A DNA stretch of 64,000 bases, taken from Gordius albopunctatus. Its lineage: Eukaryota. A model generated the notes under the pieces. That model was not told the DNA's origin and ran no database searches. It saw only the letters and a program-made list of their open reading frames with translations. The position numbers were made by a program, and so were the translations under genes. This document shows, piece by piece, positions 47,001 to 58,600 of the stretch (positions are counted from its first letter, which is position 1; the number at the start of each line of letters is the position of its first letter). The stretch covers positions 5,952,001-6,016,000 of the forward strand of contig OZ193910.1 of the NCBI GenBank assembly GCA_964276515.1. The letters run 5' to 3'.

Positions 47001-50000
47001 GCAACGAGCTTTTAACGAGCCTAGCTAAATCTAGGCCCGGCCCGCTTGATTTGTCGGCGCGCCCAAGCCCGGCCCGTTGTTTTTTTTAAGTCCAAAGCCC
47101 GCCCATACCCGGCCCGCGGGCCGGGCTTTTCGGGCCGCCCGCGGGCCGGGCCGTGCAGGTCTCTAGTGTGAAAGAGCTAAATAGTAGGTCACTACTCTTA
47201 CTACTACTACTACGCCTCTCTCCATCAATCAAACTTTCCTCCCTCATCATACCAGTAATCTCAACACCTCCCGCTTACTCCTTCTACTCTTGTTTAAAAA
47301 CTAGATTTGATGCCATATAAAGGCTTTTATTAAAAGATGTTTAAATTTTTCATTATACCCCTCGCAAAATTTAAATGAACTGTGGGCGTAGGCAGGGAGG
47401 CCCCCCCCTAAATGATTTTTTTTTAATTTTTCGATATAAAATTAGAAAAAAAAATTGTGTTTTGCCCCAACTTAAATGCTATATATTTGTTGGGTAACGT
47501 TACAATAAAAAAATATGGCTGAAAAACATTCAAGAGGGAACAATGGAATATTTGAGGGGTAGTGAAAAAATCTTTCGTCTAGGCTTAATTCTTACTATGC
47601 ATGGGGTAACCTTGGAAAAAATTTAAGTTGATATAAATTTCAGGGTCCAATAGCGTAATTTCTAAACCTTTAGTTAACGCTGAAAAAATCATTCCCCCCC
47701 CCTTACACATAAAATTAGAAGGTCGCCAGCGAAAAACCCTATAGTTATAAATTAATAAAAAAAATTACATTTTTATTTTAAAATTAGGGGGGTGCAAATG
47801 AAACTAGGGGGGAGCAAAAAAAATTTATAGCATTATATCGAAGAATTAAAAAAAAATCATTTAGGGGGGGGGGGCCTCCCTGCCTACGCCCACAGTTCAT
47901 TTAAATTTTGCGAGGGGTATAATGAAAAATTTAAACATCTTTTAATAAAAGCCTTTATATGGCATCAAATCTAGTTTTTAAACAAGAGTAGAAGGAGTAA
48001 GCGGGAGGAGGTGTTGAGATTACTGGTATGATGAGGGAGGAAAGTTTGATTGATGGAGAGAGGCGTAGTAGTAGTAGTAAGAGTAGTGACCTACTATTTA
48101 GCTCTTTCACACTACGCACATGCACTTGCGGTATAGGGAGGGGAATTTAACAAGGGGCTAATTGAATTTTCGTCATAAAATTAAAACTATTGCAGGTAGA
48201 TTAAAAAAAAATTTTTAAGTTTTTAAAATCAAATTGTAATGTCGTTTAGAACTTTAACTTTCTCGATTCATCTTCGCAGTATTCATCGTCAAAAAGGGTC
48301 AAAAACGACCTTTTTCACAACTTTGAGACCAATTATTTCAAAAACTTCTCGTATATAACAAAAAAGAAAAACATATTCGTGATCCCCACAAAAAACTCTA
48401 CCAGAATCTGTTACCCGTTTTCCATTTGATTTTTTTTGTAGACTAGTGTAATTAGAGCTACCCGAACTGTTTGGCGCAAAATAAAAATTTTTAAATTTAT
48501 ACATTAATTTTGTCATATTCTAAGAATACTCCAATTCAATTCACGATTTTTTTTGGATATGGACTACGGTTTACTATATTTATTAAATAAAAAAGTTACA
48601 AAAAATATACTATATGAAAAATCTCATTAAGCCTGTAATGCTCGGATCTTATTATGGTACCCGCCCCGGCCTACCTGCAAATCAAAATTTACGACAGTTG
48701 TCTGCCCGACCGGTTGGCTAAGTGGGCCCGGACAGGCTTTTTTTGTTTTTGATTTTTATTACAAATAAAAATGGTTTGGCAGCTTCTCCCCCCCCCCCTT
48801 AGAAAATCCTGGCTATGCGCCTATGTTATACCAAAAAAGGTTCGATGAAATTATGACTAGTTTATATTGTAACGTTGATACCAAATTGTTTTGGCACAGA
48901 ATAAACTCTTATCACTCTACATTTTTATAATCACTAATGAAAGTTTAAACGATATTTCTTTGGCGGCCCAGGCCATAAACCTGATATACAGCGACGTGCA
49001 AGACCGGGTTATGTTGACCGGGCGACACATCGTGCGCGATGTCACCTGCAAGAATTGCGACGCCAAGGTGGGCTGGATGTACGAATTCGCTACAGAAGAG
49101 AATCAACGCTACAAGGAAGGTCGGGTCATCTTGGAACGAGCTCTGATCACCGAGAGCGAAGGGTTCGAAGAGGTTCCTGCTCCGGGAACCACGAATAGAA
49201 GAACCAGTACCCCTTCGGTTCCGGCTTCTTCTTCAACTAACCCCAGGTATGTTAACACATAACATAAAAGATATGTGTATATATATATATATATTCATTC
49301 GCATATACATTGACACTTATTACTTGATAAAACACATGTTTCTCATGACTATATACATTCAAAATCTTTATTAAATGGTATACAAAAAATTACGTTCACG
49401 ACTAAAAAAATTATCACTTACATAATGCAACATTATAATTTTTTACATATGTGGAACCCTCTCATGCTGATCCAAAATAATCCTCTTTTTTAGTCCATAA
49501 TATCTCTCATACATGGCTTCATCTTTTATTTGTTTTATTAAAATTTACTACATTTTATTGCATGTACATGATCTTATCCTTTATACTAACTTATTACACA
49601 ATTATAATGAACATTAACACTAGGCCTACTGTCATAACGTCGGCTCCTGCTCCATCTACGGCCGCAATTTTCAGTTCGTTCCTCGGAACCGGGGCAGGGA
49701 GTATTGGTTCGGGGGCAGCTGCTGGCATGCTTATTCCTCGGGAAATTTTTAATTTCTACGGGATATCCCCGTACGCGCTCGAAGCGGTGGCCGCGGGCGC
49801 CGTGGTAGCAGCTGCCTCTGCCGCAGCTGACACCCCCGCCCCTCAACATCCTCCACCCCTCCACCATCACCCACAGGTCCCGAGGCGCAACAATTTCGTC
49901 ACGGTGCCTAGGAGTAGTTACCTATCACCCCGGGTAAGTTTAATATAAATTTTATCCCAAAATACTCGGTTAGGGTGTATAAAAGCGCTGTAGGCGTTGT

Positions 50001-53000
50001 AATATATATTCTAAAAATCTGCCGATAAGTTTTTAAAAATTTATTTGGTTATATCATGTTAAAGTTTAAGAGGAAACTTGTTATTTATATTAAAATTTTA
50101 TGTTTTAATATAATAACGCGCTCTATAAAGGGATAGTTTAGATCTAGTGTTTGCCCAGGGATAAACGGTTGCTTATCCTTCTTACTTCTCAGCAACTCGA
50201 TTTAATTTTTTTTAAATCGTTTTCTCGCACCTTGCTATTACTTATGCCAACTATAATTGATATTTTATTAATAGGTAATTAAATAAAAGTCAGTACTCAT
50301 GAAAGCAAATTATTTTGTTTAATTCTATTATTTGTGCTTAGTTCATAGTATACCAGTTTTAAGAAGTATTTTTTTAAAATTCTGTTACTATAAAGCGAAT
50401 GCTGGTATAATGAATGATGATTATAATGAGCTTAAATCAAACCATTGACTTTTTAGCTGTTTAGATTAGAGTGCTTCAAAGTCAATTCCTATCTGATTTG
50501 ATTCGAAAACGCTTTGAAATTTGGACCCGAGTTTCACCTGGCTATTAAAATTTTACCCGTAACCGTCCTCACTCGATTTCTATGTTTAAACTTTAACCCA
50601 CCTCTCTCTCACCCAATTCGAAAATACATATAATTTAAAAATTTGGATCCCTACTTTACAGTTTACCCTTATAGTTTAAGTCATGTTGCATGTACGTAAT
50701 TTCAGGTGTAAATGTCATTGTTCAAGGCCCGATTCCTGTTTGCCCAAAATAATGACTTAGCATCCTGACATGAGTGAGGATCGCAGTCAATAGACGCATT
50801 TTATAAAAATACCTCTGGGAAGTATATCTTGATTTCCTTAGAAGTGAAAATATAACTGTTTTTTAGAGCGTAGAGGAAAAGGACCGGCAAAAAATTAGGG
50901 TTGATCTGGTTGGAAAAAATTGTTGAATCATCCCATCGTCTTTTGTACGCCTCCCCCATCCTAACTTTATTTACCACTTTCTTTTTCATCTTATCTGAAT
51001 CGTATCGTTTTAGCGTAACGCAGCAACACTTTGCAAAGTATACAATAACGTTATTTATCAATTAGTATTATAAGTATCATTAAAATGCTTAGTCGGTGCT
51101 GGATGGGCACGGTGAGGGTAGCAACAACCCCCGGCCTATATTTAGATCAGGCAGGGTGGCCCGCACCCAACAACCGACCGTTGCGTTGGGCGAAGGAGGG
51201 AACACCAACATCGATAACGCGCCACCCAGGTTGCACCGTATATCGCCTTGGCCATCTTCCACGACGGGTTCGGGTAATAATAATGTGCTCGCCACCACTA
51301 CTACTGATAACAGCCAACTAGCGACTCCTCAACACGATACCACCAATAGCTCTACCCTCTCGGCAGCATCTTCTTCACTATTACCGACAACGCGCGATAT
51401 CGACGTTAACACATACCTTTAATTTCAATTTTTTAGAGAATTTTAACCTCGATATTTAGTGTTTTCCTCTGTTGTTATAAGATACTGATAATTGCTCTTT
51501 TGCCAAACGATCATTGGCATCGCAACTGATTTGTGCACGTGGCTTCATGCTTTTTTAAACAATTCGCCAAAGTAGATTAGGCTCTTTTAGCAATTTTATA
51601 TTGCGAGACACACGTCTGTTAGAAAATAAAAGTTGACTAGCTTAAGGTGACAGCTTCCAAAAATGTAATTTTTAAAAATTACATGGATGCATTTGAAAAC
51701 TGTTTTACCTATAGGTTTTAGTATAAAAAAAGAGTTTGCGGTAATTATGTATAAGAATGATGTCTTTACTGCTGTCCATCAACACAACGATAAAGGATAA
51801 CTAATATTCGATTAGATGTATATGGTTGAAAAAGGCTGTACGAACGTTTTATTTTTTTTAAATGGTATAAAAAATTACATTCACGACTAAAATAAAAAGA
51901 TATAAAAACGCGCTATAACTAACCGGTGGGATTGATCCGTGTATGAAAATCGTGTATTTCCATCGTGATCTTTTGCCTGATAAAAAGTACTCTTTCAAAT
52001 CTAATGAGAAGTAATTTCAAAGAATTTACATGATGACTTTCGTAAAACTTTGAAATTAATTTGCCGATGTACATTTTTAAGTATTAGTGGGCAATATCTT
52101 TTATGCTAATAAATATATGGTTACTTTTAATATAGAACGAAGTGCATACCCCAAACCACCATCATCAATCGACGAGCAGACGTCAAAGAGCGAGCTCTGC
52201 CCGATCATCGCACCACCACCACCACTACTCTCATCATCATCATGCCCCCCACCCTCACGTTCACGACCCCCCACACTCGCCGCACCACTACCACCGCCAC
52301 CACCCTCTTGTTTACCATACTCATGAGGTAGTCTAATCAGCAACAAAACGAGTTAGTACAATATGATGCTGGTCATCATACTAGTGTTTTAAAAAGGGCG
52401 CCTGAATTTTGTTAGGTCCACTTTTGGTTCTACCAAGCCTAGGGCTCCACTCTCGTCCCTTTTTGAAATTTCGACTAAGAAAAACAGGCCAAAATATATT
52501 TTAGCTCGACCAAACAAAAGGCAGCCGTTTATACTACCTTAATCGAGGGCCTTTACGGCCGGCCCCAAATTATTTTTATTTTTTCCCACCCTACCTGTCA
52601 CTTTCCTTACTTTTTGTCGGCCCGGCTCGTCGTTCAAAAATTCTATTTTACCTTATTTAATGCTCGGCATGCTTTAAATCAAAAATTACCCGAGACCTCA
52701 ATACCAAACTTTATTATATCCTTTTCAGTTTAATTAATGTATTATATTTCACACTTAATTGTATGAATATTTAAATGGTTACTGATTTGTAATACAAGAC
52801 GATGTACAATATAATACATTTCGTGTCAAATTAAATTGACGAATTTGATTAGCTATTTTTAATTAAGGATTTTGTTGGGTATTGTGCTATTTCCGCAAGT
52901 CTTTTAATATTTTACGCCAAAAAATTTTACCTTTTATCTTAGCAATTTAGTTAATTTATATTTTTAACCAAATTAAAAAATATTTCGCCCAATAACCTGC

Positions 53001-54578
53001 CTTTGTCTGCAACGCTTTCTTTTGTGCTCAAAAAGCATTAGTCCAAGCTCCCTGTCTTTTAATACATAAATCAACTTCGGTTAAATGGCTAAATGATTTT
53101 AACATGAATTGCAAATGAGGACAATCGTTTATTCAAGGCTTGAACGGGCCTCCCGACATATAATATTATACTGTTTCAACGCGATGTCGGGTTCGAATTT
53201 ATTTCGGAGCGTTGTAGTGATTTGAGATATGTGTAAAAAGCTTATAACCAGTTTTTGCAGCTAGCAATGCGAGTGTTTTTCACTTTAAAAACAATGTTAT
53301 TGCAAAGTTCTCTCCAAATGGAATAATAAATAACTGGATTGAAATAACTCTGTTGGGGTCTGACTTCGATTTAGTTGTGGCTAATATAAAATATGAGTTA
53401 ATTCGGATTTTTTGATGCGGGAGAATTTGTGTTGTAATGTGATATAGTATGGGTCGATCAACTTCTCTAAACTACATATTACCTTGTAAAAGTAACTGGC
53501 GAAAACATCCATTTTATTTAAAACCCTGACTTGGGAAACAGTTTAAAGCATTAGACAAGCATAAACTTTAACCTAGCATTTATATTATAATGTGACCTAC
53601 AACACATGGTTTTCATTAAAATAAAGAGTAATTTAAAAATTGACAACAACGCACAGGTGCCGCAAACTCAAGTAGCGAATGATGAGAGTAGGGAGGACGG
53701 GCAAGAAATTCGCGAAGCTCAGAGATCTGCCGTCGATTTCATCAATAGCTGCGATGAAATATTACCCGCTTCAGCTCTATCATCATCGTCCCCCTTGACT
53801 AGCCCCGTTTCTTCCGATTTCCCTCCCGATACCCCGATTCGAACCACTTTTCATCACTACTTTGACGATAGGTTCGATTTTATTTTGGAAAATTTAAAGT
53901 TTTTGTACTTAGTTTCCAATTTAAACCGAAAGTTAGTCCATAAATAGCATAGTAATTAATATATAACAACTACAAAAATGTAAACTTCAAAAAATCTTTA
54001 AATGTTATTTTACCTCTTTGACATGATGGGCGTACCCAGGTTTTGGATAAGGGGGGGGGGCGAAAGTTGTTTAAGTTTGATTGGGGGGGGGGGCAAAACA
54101 CAATTTTTTTTTAATTTTTACGGGTTTTTGTATTGGCCAATTTTTTGCCATGTAGGGGGGGGCGCTCCCCGTGGCTACTTACGCCCATGCTCTTTGATAT
54201 GTATATTAAAACTAGCCATAATATAGAGTTAAATTAAAGTCTTACAAAATCACACAAGGGAATACCGCAAATTTTTTAATCAGGGCATGTCAATTTTAAT
54301 TATGTAGTATAGTAGCTTAAATCGACTAAAATATTGGCATAGATTATTTAACATTTTGACAGTTATTAACTAACAAAAATAATAATTTTTTAAACCGAGT
54401 CCTACAGCATTTAATTGACCGCCATAGCTATTTAGGCTTAAATAGCCGTTTTTCCATTTTTAGAAACGATGTCCCTAACGAATTAGCTGCAGAAGTTATC
54501 GAGCGCGCCCAAGAGGCTATGGTCGTAGAAGAAACCCAGCATCAAGAACTTGATGACAATTCATTCAACACGCAATAG
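38045..54578 (+). CDS. YPEL5: Yippee-like protein YPEL5 with predicted long C-terminal extension (7 coding exons, 519 aa)
   Basis: Yippee domain in exons 38045-38185 ([47 protein letters not shown]) and 48972-49246 ([29 protein letters not shown]...[21 protein letters not shown]). Further phase-consistent exons 49624-49933, 51093-51404, 52136-52327, 53657-53871 and 54464-54578 (TAG). The core is high confidence; the extension about 0.75. Confidence 0.9.
39402..40104. mobile_element. Fold-back hAT MITE with ~260-bp internal inverted arms
   Basis: 39416-39675 is the near-exact reverse complement of 39758-40016. Right end ATCATCACTA; 8-bp TSD GACCCGGC at 39394-39401 and 40105-40112. Left TIR largely deleted. 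Confidence 0.88.
40611..43899 (+). mobile_element. hAT transposon with long inverted arms carrying 33-bp tandem repeats; internally deleted transposase; right terminus truncated
   Basis: Left end TAGTGGTGGG. About 14 repeat units at 40712-41175 and ~6 inverted units at 43680-43890. Further inverted homology between 41530-41680 and 43130-43320. Confidence 0.9.
41796..42651 (+). pseudogene. Internally deleted hAT transposase (BED finger, first catalytic D, hATC domain)
   Basis: [25 protein letters not shown] (BED) and LTTDLWKS...YIGITLHYI, then an abrupt out-of-frame junction near 42378 into ELENY...ILEWWK...[12 protein letters not shown]...[12 protein letters not shown]...RSRLSP. Confidence 0.9.
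44126..44291. mobile_element. ~165-bp hAT MITE
   Basis: CATGGGTGTAGCCA...TGGCTACGCCCATG termini; TSD ATTGAGGT. Confidence 0.9.
44600..46919 (+). mobile_element. hobo/Hermes-like hAT element with a near full-length but broken transposase (~44839-46682)
   Basis: [10 protein letters not shown]...[71 protein letters not shown], with frameshifts and stops. Right end has GGCCC subterminal repeats and TGCAGGTCTCTA. Left terminus not found. Confidence 0.9.
47020..47165 (+). mobile_element. Second right end of the same hAT family
   Basis: GGCCCG repeats ending in GTGCAGGTCTCTA, the same terminus as 46907-46919. Confidence 0.75.
47166..48112. mobile_element. MITE with ~275-bp near-perfect TIRs flanked by TA
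   Basis: 47166-47439 is the reverse complement of 47833-48112; TA-GTGTGAAAGAG...CTCTTTCACAC-TA. Confidence 0.9.
51855..52010 (-). mobile_element. Second 3' fragment of the CRE-like LINE
   Basis: Shares attgatccgtg.atg.aaatcgtgt and ttttgcctgataaaaagtact.ttt.aaatctaatgaga with 6865-6956. Confidence 0.7.
54022..54189. mobile_element. ~165-bp hAT MITE
   Basis: CATG..GGGCGTACCCAG...TACGCCCATG termini; TSD CTCTTTGA. Confidence 0.85.
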
Positions 54579-55643
54579 TTTGTTTCGAGCTTGTGGCAAT
54601 TTATGTTAACATTACTTAACCTAAACGCCGATTGTTATTGAGCTTTTTCGTTTGCTTTATCATTTTAGGTTATTTATTTTAGATTTGTTCCTTCATCTCT
54701 GCTATGTCTCGCTAAATTCCATCGCTGAAAATATTAATATATTTTGATGTCTTCGATATGTTATATTTAACCAAAATATTCTGCTAATTATTTAATAATT
54801 TATGAAATGTAGCTTCAATCGTCTATCCAGTTATTGTGCTTATTATACCTATTTTAGAGGCATGTGTAGTTTTTTGCTGACAATAAATAAATTATCCATT
54901 AACCCGACAGCTACCACTAACTATTCGTCCGAGCCAATTATTATTTTTAAAAAATTTGGGGGGCATCTCAATATGAATTTTGAACAAATTGCTACTTCCG
55001 GAAATAAAGAGGTGCCCCTACAGTTATACCAGGAGACATAAAAATACTCAAATTTTGAAGATAATTTTTAATTTTTATTAAAACGAAGATCAACGATGAA
55101 TGTGAGATCTCTGACATTGCATTATGAGCATAAAATTATGGTTAATTAGCAGTGCCGTTGAGTGCACCTTTTTCCTTAATGAACTGTCTATAGCGCCTCC
55201 GACCTTGATAAATCTAAGATTTTTAGTTTATTTTAGACGTCGGCATTTCTTTTTTAAACTGCAGAGTTTAAGGTTTTCTTTGTTAAGACAATAGAGCTGC
55301 AAGGCATTTTGATCTGCGGCATGAGAAGCACCATTTTTTGGCCCCAAAAATACTCTTGTGGCAATAAAATTTAATCAAAGCCATCTTTACCACCCATGAA
55401 CATATCATACATCTATGGGCATTGGAGCAAAAAAATTTCCTAGTGTTTGAAGAGTCGTGATTCGTGTATATGTAATACAGAAATCGTCATATTTTCCCAA
55501 ATGCAAGCGTTTGGGAAATTTCCAAGGGGAATTTATGGGAAAATAAGGGAAATTTTGAAATAGAACTATGTAGGGTGAATCAACAACTCAAAAAAACGAC
55601 ACAAACACTTAAAATAACACATTTAACATCGATTTCAAAAAGA

Positions 55644-58600
55644 TATAGCTTATATCACCTCAAACCTCCCATCTCCTATAGCTTATATCACCTCAAACCT
55701 CCCATCTCCTATAGCTTATAGCACCTCAAACCTCCCATCTCCTACACCTCAAACCTCCCATCTCCTATAGCTTATATCACCTCAAACCTCCCATCTCCTA
55801 TAGCTTATAGCACCTCAAACCTCCCATCTCCTATAGCTTATAGCACCTCAAACCTCCCATCTCCTATAGCTCATAGCACCTCAAACCTCCCATCTCCTAT
55901 AGCTTATATCACCTCAAACCTCCCATCTCCTATAGCTTATATCACCTCAAACCTCCCATCTCCTATAGCTTATAGCGCCTCAAACCTCCCATCTCCTATA
56001 GCTCATAGCACCTCAAACCTCCCATCTCCTATAGCTCATAGCACCTCAAACCTCCCATCTCCTATAGCTTATAGCACCTCAAACCTCCCATCTCCTATAG
56101 CTCATATCACCTCAAACCTCCCATCTCCTATAGCTTATATCACCTCAAACCTCCCATATAGCTTATAGCACCTCAAACTCCCATCTCCTATAGCACATAT
56201 CACCTCAAACCTCCCATCTCCTATAGCTCATAGCACCTCAAACCTCCCATCTCCTATAGCTCATAGCACCTCAAACCTCCCATCTCCTATAGCTTATAGC
56301 ACCTCAAACCTCCCATCTCCTATAGCTCATAGCACCTCAAACCTCCCATCTCCTATAGCTTATATCACCTCAAACCTCCCATCTCCTATAGCTTATATCA
56401 CCTCAAACCTCCCATCTCCTATAGCTTATATCACCTCAAACCTCCCATCTCCTATAGCTTATAGCGCCTCAAACCTCCCATCTCCTATAGCTCATAGCAC
56501 CTCAAACCTCCCATCTCCTATAGCTTATATCACCTCAAACCTCCCATCTCCTATAGCTTATAGCACCTCAAACTCCCATCTCCTATAGCACATAGCGCCT
56601 CAAACCTCCCATCTCCTATAGCTCATAGCACCTCAAACCTCCCATCTCCTATAGCTTATAGCACCTCAAACCTCCCATCTCCTATAGCTCATAGCACCTC
56701 AAACCTCCCATCTCCTATAGCTTATAGCACCTCAAACCTCCCATCTCCTATAGCTCATATCACCTCAAACCTCCCATCTCCTATAGCTTATATCACCTCA
56801 AACCTCCCATATAGCTTATAGCACCTCAAACTCCCATCTCCTATAGCACATATCACCTCAAACCTCCCATCTCCTATAGCTTATATCACCTCAAACTCCC
56901 ATCTCCTATAGCACATAGCGCCTCAAACCTCCCATCTCCTATAGCTCATAGCACCTCAAACCTCCCATCTCCTATAGCTTATAGCACCTCAAACCTCCCA
57001 TCTCCTATAGCTCATAGCACCTCAAACCTCCCATCTCCTATAGCTTATAGCACCTCAAACCTCCCATCTCCTATAGCTCATAGCACCTCAAACCTCCCAT
57101 CTCCTATAGCTTATAGCACCTCAAACCTCCCATCTCCTATAGCTCATATCACCTCAAACCTCCCATCTCCTATAGCTTATATCACCTCAAACCTCCCATA
57201 TAGCTTATAGCACCTCAAACTCCCATCTCCTATAGCACATATCACCTCAAACCTCCCATCTCCTATAGCTCATAGCACCTCAAACCTCCCATCTCCTATA
57301 GCTCATAGCACCTCAAACCTCCCATCTCCTATAGCTCATATCACCTCAAACCTCCCATCTCCTATAGCTCATAGCACCTCAAACCTCCCATCTCCTATAG
57401 CTTATATCACCTCAAACTCCCATCTCCTATAGCACATAGCGCCTCAAACCTCCCATCTCCTATAGCTCATAGCACCTCAAACCTCCCATCTCCTATAGCT
57501 CATAGCACCTCAAACCTCCCATCTCCTATAGCTTATATCACCTCAAACCTCCCATCTCCTATAGCTTATAGCGCCTCAAACCTCCCATCTCCTATAGCTC
57601 ATAGCACCTCAAACCTCCCATCTCCTATAGCTCATAGCACCTCAAACCTCCCATCTCCTATAGCTTATAGCACCTCAAACCTCCCATCTCCTATAGCTCA
57701 TAGCACCTCAAACCTCCCATCTCCTATAGCTTATATCACCTCAAACCTCCCATCTCCTATAGCTTATATCACCTCAAACCTCCCATCTCCTATAGCTTAT
57801 AGCACCTCAAACCTCCCATCTCCTATAGCTCATAGCACCTCAAACCTCCCATCTCCTATAGCTTATATCACCTCAAACCTCCCATCTCCTATAGCTTATA
57901 GCGCCTCAAACCTCCCATCTCCTATAGCTCATAGCACCTCAAACCTCCCATCTCCTATAGCTTATATCACCTCAAACCTCCCATCTCCTATAGCTTATAG
58001 CACCTCAAACTCCCATCTCCTATAGCACATAGCGCCTCAAACCTCCCATCTCCTATAGCTCATAGCACCTCAAACCTCCCATCTCCTATAGCTTATAGCA
58101 CCTCAAACCTCCCATCTCCTATAGCTCATAGCACCTCAAACCTCCCATCTCCTATAGCTTATAGCACCTCAAACCTCCCATCTCCTATAGCTCATATCAC
58201 CTCAAACCTCCCATCTCCTATAGCTTATATCACCTCAAACCTCCCATATAGCTTATAGCACCTCAAACTCCCATCTCCTATAGCACATATCACCTCAAAC
58301 CTCCCATCTCCTATAGCTCATAGCACCTCAAACCTCCCATCTCCTATAGCTCATAGCACCTCAAACCTCCCATCTCCTATAGCTCATATCACCTCAAACC
58401 TCCCATCTCCTATAGCTCATAGCACCTCAAACCTCCCATCTCCTATAGCTTATATCACCTCAAACTCCCATCTCCTATAGCACATAGCGCCTCAAACCTC
58501 CCATCTCCTATAGCTCATAGCACCTCAAACCTCCCATCTCCTATAGCTTATAGCACCTCAAACCTCCCATCTCCTATAGCTTATAGCGCCTCAAACCTCC

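Noticed and set aside
52087..52346. Pro-rich ORF 52087-52326 (+) and Gly-rich ORF 52101-52346 (-)
   Set aside because: These are alternative frames of the His-rich exon. Only the His frame fits the splice phases on both sides, and the Pro frame stops just before the donor.
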